A stretch of DNA of 64,000 nucleotides from contig JAMXLK010000075.1 in NCBI GenBank assembly GCA_024281075.1, positions 397 through 64,396 of the forward strand, given 5' to 3'. The notes below the pieces were generated by a model that saw nothing but the letters and a program-made list of their open reading frames with translations, searched no databases and was not told the DNA's origin. Positions 1-7,737 of this stretch are shown one piece after another; position 1 is the stretch's first letter; each line of letters begins with the position of its first letter. The DNA is from Candidatus Eremiobacteria bacterium. GTDB lineage: Bacteria; Vulcanimicrobiota; Vulcanimicrobiia; Vulcanimicrobiales; Vulcanimicrobiaceae. Position numbers and translations under genes: made by a program.

Positions 1-92
1 ACAGAGCGTTCTGCTATGCTCCCTCGGCCGCGCCTCGATTAGCCGCGAAACTGCTTGCTGCGATCGGTGCAGCGACTTCTTCAGAGGTTCCC

Positions 93-707
93 TTAAAGCT
101 CGGCGCCCCAGACGTCCCAGCCCGCAGCATGCGAGCGCGCAAATAACTCGATGCGCGAACGCCCGCCGCAGAGCTTCTCGATCAGCGTACGAAAGACGGC
201 GGGCTTCTCGCTGTGCGCGCCCCGCGGATGCAAAACGACTTGCGGCTGGGCCAAATCGCGAATTGGAAATGGCCGCCCGGTCGGATTGGTCGTAGCGACC
301 AGCAGCAGCTCGGACGTCGGTTTGGTAAAGGTCGGCACGATGCCCTGACCGGCGATGATCTCGCCGCGTTTGTTGACCTTCACCCAAACGTATGCAACGC
401 CGCGGTAATGCAGCTTCCATGCATCGAGGAGTTTCAGCGCGAAGTTCAGGCGCGGACAGGTTGCCCACAAAAAGACTGCGGCCCGCGCGTTCAGCATGCG
501 CCGCACGTCGATCGCGCCCAGCTCCTCGAGCGACATCAGCGGATAATGCTTGGCCGCAGCGGCGTCTTTCACCGGACTGCCGTAGTAATACCACGGTGGA
601 TCGACGTACGCGATGTCGTAGCGATGTGCCGGGAGCGGCGGCAGCACGAGATGCGGCCGCGCTGCGTGGCGACGCGCGAGCCGGCGCGCGTGCGCGTTCT
701 TCGTCAC
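93..707 (-). CDS. MT-A70 family N6-adenine DNA methyltransferase (orphan)
   Basis: Catalytic DPPW motif (DIAYVDPPWYYYG) followed by an MT-A70-like fold sequence. An in-frame GTG at 707 lies 1 nt after the stop of the upstream DUF92 gene (709-711), so it is preferred over the ATG at 824. Confidence 0.78.
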   Translation of the reverse strand: MTKNAHARRLARRHAARPHLVLPPLPAHRYDIAYVDPPWYYYGSPVKDAAAAKHYPLMSLEELGAIDVRRMLNARAAVFLWATCPRLNFALKLLDAWKLHYRGVAYVWVKVNKRGEIIAGQGIVPTFTKPTSELLLVATTNPTGRPFPIRDLAQPQVVLHPRGAHSEKPAVFRTLIEKLCGGRSRIELFARSHAAGWDVWGAEL

Positions 708-708
708 G

Positions 709-1455
709 CTACGAAGCCGCGAGCGATGCCACGATCGCCCCGCCAAGCGTCGCAGCGAAGTTGACGCCGTCGTTTTCGAGCCATCCGGCGCCGCGCCGCA
801 GGACGGTCGGCGAACCGCACCCATGCACTCGCGTTTCGCATTCGCACGTGCACGACGGGCACCATCGCAAGGCCTGAAGGCTCGCGCCGAGCACCGAATC
901 GAGCAGCGCGCCGGCGATGCCGCCGGCGGCTACGCTCCAAAACGGCGCGATATGCACCGCGGGAGCGACGAGCGCAACGCACAATGCACCGCCGATCGTC
1001 GCGGAGCTGCCGAGAGCGCTGACGCCGCCGGAGCGTCCAGTTTCGACGCGACGCCAGGTGAGAATCGACACCGGAGGCATGCGCGAAAGCGTGCCGATTT
1101 CGGTGCCCCACGTATCGGCTGAGGCTGCCGCGAATGCGCCCGCGAAGGCCGCTGCGAAGTACGCGCCGCCACCGCGCACCGCCGCGAGTGCGCAGATCGC
1201 TGCAACGCCGCCGTTTGCGAGCACTTGCCAGCCATTGCGCGGCGACGCGTGCTTTGCGCGGCCGAGGCGCGATACCAGCGTCGACGGAATGAAGAATGCG
1301 AACAACACCGCCGCCGCCGGCCAGCCGCCGCTGCCGAAGACGATTGCACCGACGGCGAACGCCGCCGCTGCGCCGCCGAGCGTGAGCGCGCGCGCCCGGT
1401 ACGCGACCAGCGCGACGGCCGCTGCGAGAGCGGCGCCGACGGTACCTTGAATCAC
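709..1455 (-). CDS. DUF92/TMEM19-family integral membrane protein (VTE6-like family)
   Basis: Polytopic Ala/Gly-rich membrane protein with SADTWGTEIG and ENDGVNF motifs and a Cys-rich insert (CPSCTCECETRVHGCG). GTG at 1455 forms a GTGA overlap with the cobA-hemD stop. Confidence 0.72.
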   Translation of the reverse strand: MIQGTVGAALAAAVALVAYRARALTLGGAAAAFAVGAIVFGSGGWPAAAVLFAFFIPSTLVSRLGRAKHASPRNGWQVLANGGVAAICALAAVRGGGAYFAAAFAGAFAAASADTWGTEIGTLSRMPPVSILTWRRVETGRSGGVSALGSSATIGGALCVALVAPAVHIAPFWSVAAGGIAGALLDSVLGASLQALRWCPSCTCECETRVHGCGSPTVLRRGAGWLENDGVNFAATLGGAIVASLAAS

Positions 1456-2981
1456 GAGTCGCCGGCGAAGTGTGCTTCGAGCGCGTCGAGCAGCCCCGCG
1501 GTTGTGTAGCGATCCGCGATAACGTCGACCGGCAGCCCGGCGTCGCGCAGGGCGCGCGCCGTAATCGGCCCGATGCAGGCGACGCATTTACCGCGCGCGG
1601 CCTCCATTGCGGCCGTATCGCCTCCGAGCAGGTGCGCGAAGCCGCGAACGGTGCTGGCGCTGGTGAACGTCAGCACGTCGGCCCGCGCGGTCTTTGCCGC
1701 GAACTGCGGGTCGTTCGGAACCACGGTTTTATAGGCAGCAACCACCGTGACCGCGCGCCCGGCTTCGTCGAGCATCCGGGGCAACACGTCGCGCGCTTCT
1801 TGCGCGCGATAGACCAGCACGCGATCGCCGACGCGCGACCGGTCGATGACCATGCGCGCGACCTCTTCGGCGACGAACTCTTGCGGAACCGCATCGGCGC
1901 GAACGCCGTGCTCGCCCAACCGCGCTGCGGTACGCTCGCCGATTGCGGCGACGCGCGCCGCGCCGATCGCACGGGCATCGGCATCCCGCGCGGCAAGCAT
2001 CTCAAAAAAGCGGTCGACGCCGTTCTGCGAGGTGAAGACGATCCACGCAAACGACTCGAGCGCGCTCAGCGCTCCATCGCCCGCGCTGGACTCGTCGGGC
2101 GGTTCGATTGCAATTGCCGGTGCCACGATCGGCTCGGCGCCGCGCGCTAACAGTTCCCGTGCGAAGAGCTCCGATTGGTGGCCGGTGCGCGTGATCAGAA
2201 CGCGCTTGCTGAAAAGCGGCGTGCGGTCAAACCAGCGCAGCTGCGCGCGTAATGCCGCGACGCCGCCGACAACAACGATTGCAGGTGCCGCAATGCCCGC
2301 GGTTACAGCATCGCCGGCGATCGTGGACAAGGTTCCGATGACGGTTCGTTGCGAGGGACGCGTACCGTCTTGTACGATGGCGGCCGGCGTAGCCGGTGCG
2401 AGCCCGTGCGACACGAGCTGCTCTGCGATTTCGCGCAGATTTCCGACACCCATCAAAATGACGAGCGTGCGCCGCGCATCGGCAAGCTTCTCCCAATCGT
2501 GCGACGAGGCTGCTTTCGTCGGATCTTCGTGGCCCGTAAGAACGGTAAACGACGCCGCGTAATCGCGGTGCGTCAGCGGGATGCCGGCGTAGGCGGGAAC
2601 GGCGAGCGCCGAACTGATCCCCGGGACGATTTCGAACGCAATCCCTGCGGTTTCGAGCGCCTGTGCTTCCTCGCCGCCGCGTCCGAACACGAACGGATCG
2701 CCGCCTTTGAGACGAACCACGCGAGCGCACTCGCGCGCCTTGGCGATCATGAGTGCTTCGATGTCGCTCTGCGCCATTGCGTGCTCTCCGCCGCGCTTGC
2801 CGACGAAGATGCGTTCGCACGCCGGCGGTGCAAAGGCGACCACCGCATCACTTGCAAGCGCGTCGTAGAGCAGCACGTCGGCTGCGCGCAGCACCGCCGC
2901 CGCCCGTAACGTCAGCAGGCCCGGGTCCCCCGGGCCTGCGCCGACCAAAAATACTTTGCCGGTGGGGCTACTTTTGGGCAT
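1452..2981 (-). CDS. cobA/hemD: Uroporphyrinogen-III C-methyltransferase / uroporphyrinogen-III synthase fusion
   Basis: N-terminal half has SUMT motifs (VFLVGAGPGDPGLLTLRA, RLKGGDPFVFGRGGEE). The C-terminal ~250 aa are HemD-like. Confidence 0.9.
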   Translation of the reverse strand: MPKSSPTGKVFLVGAGPGDPGLLTLRAAAVLRAADVLLYDALASDAVVAFAPPACERIFVGKRGGEHAMAQSDIEALMIAKARECARVVRLKGGDPFVFGRGGEEAQALETAGIAFEIVPGISSALAVPAYAGIPLTHRDYAASFTVLTGHEDPTKAASSHDWEKLADARRTLVILMGVGNLREIAEQLVSHGLAPATPAAIVQDGTRPSQRTVIGTLSTIAGDAVTAGIAAPAIVVVGGVAALRAQLRWFDRTPLFSKRVLITRTGHQSELFARELLARGAEPIVAPAIAIEPPDESSAGDGALSALESFAWIVFTSQNGVDRFFEMLAARDADARAIGAARVAAIGERTAARLGEHGVRADAVPQEFVAEEVARMVIDRSRVGDRVLVYRAQEARDVLPRMLDEAGRAVTVVAAYKTVVPNDPQFAAKTARADVLTFTSASTVRGFAHLLGGDTAAMEAARGKCVACIGPITARALRDAGLPVDVIADRYTTAGLLDALEAHFAGDS

Positions 2982-4260
2982 CGATAGGATCGAGCTCGAA
3001 GAGATCTTCGAGCACGCGCGCGCTCGATAGCGCTTCGGCGCGATCGTTCGTTGCCTTCTCGCGAATCCTTAGGATCGCGGAGTGAAGCAGCTTCGAAACG
3101 ATCGTCAGCGACATGCCGGTGACGAGCATGCGTTCGCGATCGTCGAGTTCCGGGCAGCGTGCTAGGAGCCGCTCGAGCTCCGCCGCGCGAATCGCTTCCG
3201 CTTTTTGCGTCAGCCGCGTGATGACCGGTACTGCGACCCGCGCACGATACCAGCTCTCGAAGCGCTGGACGTATTCGGCGATGATCTCCTCGACCTGCGG
3301 AATCGCTTCGCGGCGCAATTCCAAACGCTCGTTGACGACGGACTTCAGACCGTCGATGTCGACGAGCGAGACGTTGGGAATTTCCGTTACGGATGGATCG
3401 ACGTCGCGCGGCACGGCGATGTCCACCACGAAGAGCGGCCGATCGGGACGGCGCGCCATAGCGGCGCGCACGCGTTCGTCGTCGAGAACAAAATGCGAAG
3501 CTCCCGTGGAAGCGACCACAACGTCGGCAGCCGCCACCGCATCGACGAGCTCGGGCAGCTCGACGGCCTCGCCAAACCCGGCTTCGGCGACGAGATCGCG
3601 CGATCGCGACATCGTCCGATTGGCCACGATCACGCGTCTTGCGCCTTCCTGGCGAAGACGTTTGACGGCGGTGCGTCCCATTTTGCCGGCGCCAACGACG
3701 AGAATCGACGTACGTTCGAGCGAGCCGAGATGCGCGCGCGCGGCCTCCACCGCGGCCGTCGCCATCGAGACCGACTCACCGCCGATGCGCGTCTGCGCGC
3801 GCGCCGATTTACCGGCCGCGAGGGCTTCGCGAAAAAGATGATGCAACGTGCGACCCAGCGACTTCGCGCGCGTCGCAGCGACGTAAGCGTCTTTCACCTG
3901 GCCGAGAATCTCGGCCTCGCCGATGAGCATCGAATCGAGCCCGGTGCAGACCCGGAAGAGATGCTCGACCGCTTCGTGCCCGAGATGCGTGTACAGATAC
4001 GATTCGATGTCGTAGCCGGTTGCGCCGTGACGGAAGTTCGCCAGAAACGATTTGATCTGCGTGGTGCCCGTTTCGTAATCGCCGAGCTCCGCGTAAATCT
4101 CCAGTCGCCCGCACGTCTGAAGCATTACGGCCTCGCGGACGGCTTCGTAATCGCGCAGCGCGACCAGCGCTTCTGCCATGCGCGCGGGCGGAAATGCATG
4201 ACGCTCGCGAACTTCGACCGGCGCGGTGTGATGCGAGAGGCCGATACACGTGATGGGCAT
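2968..4260 (-). CDS. hemA: Glutamyl-tRNA reductase
   Basis: N-terminus IGLSHHTAPVEVRE, an NADPH-binding VVGAGKMG motif and the typical length (430 aa). Confidence 0.93.
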   Translation of the reverse strand: MPITCIGLSHHTAPVEVRERHAFPPARMAEALVALRDYEAVREAVMLQTCGRLEIYAELGDYETGTTQIKSFLANFRHGATGYDIESYLYTHLGHEAVEHLFRVCTGLDSMLIGEAEILGQVKDAYVAATRAKSLGRTLHHLFREALAAGKSARAQTRIGGESVSMATAAVEAARAHLGSLERTSILVVGAGKMGRTAVKRLRQEGARRVIVANRTMSRSRDLVAEAGFGEAVELPELVDAVAAADVVVASTGASHFVLDDERVRAAMARRPDRPLFVVDIAVPRDVDPSVTEIPNVSLVDIDGLKSVVNERLELRREAIPQVEEIIAEYVQRFESWYRARVAVPVITRLTQKAEAIRAAELERLLARCPELDDRERMLVTGMSLTIVSKLLHSAILRIREKATNDRAEALSSARVLEDLFELDPIDAQK

Positions 4261-4264
4261 CGTG

Positions 4265-4930
4265 CTATTCCAAACTCAAGCGATGCGTCAAGATCGCCAT
4301 CTCACCGGCGAGATCGATGTTGCGCACGATGACCGGGCCGCGCAGATGCAGGGACATCGGCGCGAAGTTCAAGATCGCGCGGATGCCGAGCGCGGCGACG
4401 CGCTGCGCGCAATCCTGGGCAGCTTCGGCGGGCACGGCAATCACGGCAATATTGCAATCCGCAGCAGCGAGCGTGCGCTCCATGTCCGCGACGTCGCGAA
4501 CGACGATTCCCTGCCAGCGTTGACCCACGACCGCCGGCGAGCGATCGAAGATTGCGGCGACGTTGAACCGCCGCTCCCGCGCGGTGATGAATGCGGCGAA
4601 GGCACGCCCCAGGTAGCCGAACCCGACGATCGCGATACGCCAGTCATGCTCCAATCCTAAAACGCACGCCAGCTGTTCGACAAGCGGATCGATCGCATAG
4701 CCCTGGCCGCGGCGTCCAAGGGGACCGAGCGCACAGAGGTCCTTGCGAATCTGGGTGCTGGCAATCGTATGCCCGAGCATCGCCGCCAGGCCGTGCGAGG
4801 TAATCGTGCGCTTGCCCAGCGCTTGAGCCTGCCGAAGTACGCGGTGGTATGCGAAGAGCCGGGGGATCGACACGTCGACCAGCGGCTCGCCGGAGAACGC
4901 TCGACTGGCGTCGAGCTTCGGATCGATCAT
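4265..4930 (-). CDS. rex: Redox-sensing transcriptional repressor Rex
   Basis: Winged-helix N-terminus (ISSHGLA..QIRKDL) followed by a Rossmann motif (IAIVGFGYLGRA). ATGA overlap with the hemL stop at 4927-4930. Confidence 0.88.
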   Translation of the reverse strand: MIDPKLDASRAFSGEPLVDVSIPRLFAYHRVLRQAQALGKRTITSHGLAAMLGHTIASTQIRKDLCALGPLGRRGQGYAIDPLVEQLACVLGLEHDWRIAIVGFGYLGRAFAAFITARERRFNVAAIFDRSPAVVGQRWQGIVVRDVADMERTLAAADCNIAVIAVPAEAAQDCAQRVAALGIRAILNFAPMSLHLRGPVIVRNIDLAGEMAILTHRLSLE

Positions 4931-6225
4931 GCCGTGGCTAGGAGCGCCCCGAGCGAGGCGTCGGCAGCCGCAATCGTCTGTTCGACGTCGCGCGCCGTAT
5001 GGGCGCTCGAAACGAAGTTCGCTTCGAACGGCGACGGGGGAAGGTAGATGCCGCGATCGAGCATTGCGGCAAAATACTTCGCGAAGAGCACGCGGTCGCT
5101 CTTTTGTGCGCTCTGCAAGTCCGTGACGGGCCCCGTCGTGAAGAAGACCCCGAACATTCCGCCGGCGCAGCTGCTGTAATGGCCAACGCCGCGGCGTTGC
5201 ATCACCGCTCCTAGCCCGTCGGCGAGCTGCCGGCTGGTATACTCCAAACGGTCGTACAGCGTCGCATCTGCGGCGATGGCGGTGAGCGTTGCTACCCCGG
5301 CTGCCATAGCGAGCGGGTTGCCCGAGAGCGTTCCGGCTTGATAGACGGGCCCGTCGGGTGCCAGATACGCCATGACGTCGGCGCGTCCGCCGAATGCGGC
5401 GGCGGGAAGGCCGCCGCCGATGATTTTGCCCAAGACCGTGAGGTCCGGAGCAACGCCTTCGCGTGCTTGCGCTCCGCCGCGCGCTACACGAAAACCGGTC
5501 ATTACTTCGTCAAAGACGAGCAGTGCGCCGTAGCGCGTGCAGCACGCGCGCAGCGACTGTAAATAGCCGGGTCGCGGAAGAATGAGGCCCATGTTACCCG
5601 CGTAGGGCTCGACGATCACCGCGGCTATCGAATCGGGATTCGCACGGAAGGTTCGTTCGACTGCCGCCGAGTCGTTGAACGGCAGAACGATCGTGTCGCA
5701 CGCGGTTCCTTCGGTGATGCCGAGCGAATCGGGAACGCCGTGTGTGAGCGCGCCGGATCCCGCGGAGATCAAGAACGCGTCGCCGTGACCGTGATAGCAG
5801 CCGGCGAATTTGACGATCTTTGGACGACGCGTGAATCCGCGCGCCAAGCGAACCGCCGACATGGCGGCTTCGGTCCCGCTCGACACGAAGCGCAGCCTTT
5901 GGATAGACGGCATCATGGAAACGACGAGCTCGGCGAGCTCGCTCTCGACTTCGGTCGGCGTACCGAAGGACGTGCCGCGCGTTACGGCATTGGTAATTGC
6001 GCGCGTTACGGCAGGATAGGCGTGACCGAGCAGCAGCGCGCCCCAGGACATAACGTAATCGATGTATTCGTGACCGTCCAGGTCGTAAAGCGCGGAGCCG
6101 GCGCCGCCTTTCATGAAGACCGGCGAGAGCCCAACCGCGCCCAACGCGCGCACCGGTGAGTTCACGCCGCCGGCGATCGCACGGCGTGCGCGTGCGAATG
6201 CCGCGATCGACCGCTCGAGCTTCAC
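4927..6225 (-). CDS. hemL: Glutamate-1-semialdehyde 2,1-aminomutase
   Basis: Class-III aminotransferase with the GSA-AM N-terminus (AIAGGVNSPVRA) and a FDEVMTGFR motif. GTG start forms a GTGA overlap with the mobA-like stop. Confidence 0.93.
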   Translation of the reverse strand: MKLERSIAAFARARRAIAGGVNSPVRALGAVGLSPVFMKGGAGSALYDLDGHEYIDYVMSWGALLLGHAYPAVTRAITNAVTRGTSFGTPTEVESELAELVVSMMPSIQRLRFVSSGTEAAMSAVRLARGFTRRPKIVKFAGCYHGHGDAFLISAGSGALTHGVPDSLGITEGTACDTIVLPFNDSAAVERTFRANPDSIAAVIVEPYAGNMGLILPRPGYLQSLRACCTRYGALLVFDEVMTGFRVARGGAQAREGVAPDLTVLGKIIGGGLPAAAFGGRADVMAYLAPDGPVYQAGTLSGNPLAMAAGVATLTAIAADATLYDRLEYTSRQLADGLGAVMQRRGVGHYSSCAGGMFGVFFTTGPVTDLQSAQKSDRVLFAKYFAAMLDRGIYLPPSPFEANFVSSAHTARDVEQTIAAADASLGALLATA

Positions 6226-6788
6226 GGTAAATCCTCCGGCCGGTTCACGTTATGAAAGTACGCGCTCGGGCACGGCAAGAACCGCGCGCGCAATCGCGCG
6301 ATGAGATCGCGCACGCCATAGTTGCTCGAGGCGCGAAGTTCGAATCCTTCACGCAACGCGGCGCGCCGGTCGTACGCCGCCGCAAGCGGCTCGAACTTAC
6401 CGTCGTGTTCCGGCACGACCGCTTCGTCGCCCTCACGCCATGCAGCGGACAGACGTGCGATAAGGCTCGCATCGAGGTTGGGCTGATCCGCAGCGACGGC
6501 AAAAAGCCGCTCCGCGCGAATCGCGGCGCAAGCATCGAGAAATGCCCGCAACGGACCGGCCCTCGGATGACGATCGACGATCGTGGGCGCATCGAGTTGC
6601 GCATCGAGCTCCGGTGAAAAGCAACCTCCGGCCGCGACGTACACCGGCCGGCCGGATGCGCGCAGCCGCTCGAAAGAGCGCACCAGCATGGCGCGCCCTT
6701 CAATGCGGTGCTCGAGCTTGCCGGGAAACCGGGACGCCGCGCCGCCTGCAAGCAGCACGATGGCGACGCTATCCATGGCGGCGAGCAT
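6222..6788 (-). CDS. MobA-like NTP transferase (molybdenum cofactor guanylyltransferase family)
   Basis: LLAGGAASRF P-loop-like motif, AADQP, EPLAAAY and a C-terminal FHNVNRPEDL, all typical of MobA/NTP_transf_3. The start could also be the ATG at 6776. Confidence 0.7.
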   Translation of the reverse strand: MLAAMDSVAIVLLAGGAASRFPGKLEHRIEGRAMLVRSFERLRASGRPVYVAAGGCFSPELDAQLDAPTIVDRHPRAGPLRAFLDACAAIRAERLFAVAADQPNLDASLIARLSAAWREGDEAVVPEHDGKFEPLAAAYDRRAALREGFELRASSNYGVRDLIARLRARFLPCPSAYFHNVNRPEDLP

Positions 6789-7737
6789 ACTCTTTGGCGA
6801 AGTACGTGATGACGATGTCGGCTCCGGCGCGCACGAAGCACGTCAAGAGTTCGTCGATGGCGGTCGCGCCGTCGAGCCAGCCGTTGGCGATTGCGGCCTG
6901 CAACATCGCGTATTCTCCGCTGACGTTGTAAACGGCGAGCGGAACGTCGAACCGGTCGCGTGCGGCTCGCAGAACGTCGAGATACGGCAGGCCGGGTTTC
7001 ACCATCACGATGTCGGCGCCTTGCTCGATATCGAGCGCAATTTCGCGCAGCGCTTCACGCGCGTTCGATGGATCCATCTGATAGCCGCGACGATCGCCGA
7101 ACTGCGGTGCGGATCCGGCCGCGTCCCGGAACGGTCCATAGAATGCCGACGCGTACTTCGCGCTGTAGGCCAAGATCGCGACGTGGGTGGCATCGCAGCC
7201 GTCGAGTGACGCCCGGATGGCAGCGACACGGCCGTCCATCATATCGGAAGGCGCGACGACGTCCACGCCCGCCTGCGCGTAGCTCACGGCAATACGGCAG
7301 AGCAGCGAAACCGTCGCGTCGTTGTCGACGTCGCCGCGCCCGTCGAGAATGCCGCAATGTCCGTGCGCCGTGTATTCGCAGCAGCACAGATCCGCCATGA
7401 CCAGCATTTCCGGCAACGCCGCCTTTATCGCACCGATCGTGCGCTGAACGATTCCATCTTGTGCGTGGCTGCTCGACGCGCTTGCATCTTTTTCTGCCGG
7501 GATTCCGAAGAGAAGGACGCTCTTGATGCCCAGCCCAAAGAGCTCGCGCGCCTCGGCAACGGCGCCGTTGAGATCGAAGCGCTCGATGCCGGGCATCGCG
7601 GCGATGGGACCCGCGTCGCTCGAACGCTCGGCTACGAAGAGCGGCGCAACGAGCTGTCCGAGATGGATGCGATGCTCGCGCACGAGCGTACGCACGATTT
7701 CGTTGCGGCGCAGCCGCCGCGGCCGCAGCGCGATCAG
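6769..7737 (-). CDS. hemB: Porphobilinogen synthase (delta-aminolevulinate dehydratase)
   Basis: Strong HemB similarity (MADLCCCEYTAHGHCG, VMVKPGLPYLD, NVSGEYAM). The conserved RPRRLR N-terminal motif is encoded in frame upstream of the ORF-track GTG (7695). The start is therefore placed at CTG 7737; ATC 7734 or CTG 7728 are also possible. Confidence 0.9.
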   Translation of the reverse strand: MIALRPRRLRRNEIVRTLVREHRIHLGQLVAPLFVAERSSDAGPIAAMPGIERFDLNGAVAEARELFGLGIKSVLLFGIPAEKDASASSSHAQDGIVQRTIGAIKAALPEMLVMADLCCCEYTAHGHCGILDGRGDVDNDATVSLLCRIAVSYAQAGVDVVAPSDMMDGRVAAIRASLDGCDATHVAILAYSAKYASAFYGPFRDAAGSAPQFGDRRGYQMDPSNAREALREIALDIEQGADIVMVKPGLPYLDVLRAARDRFDVPLAVYNVSGEYAMLQAAIANGWLDGATAIDELLTCFVRAGADIVITYFAKEYARRHG

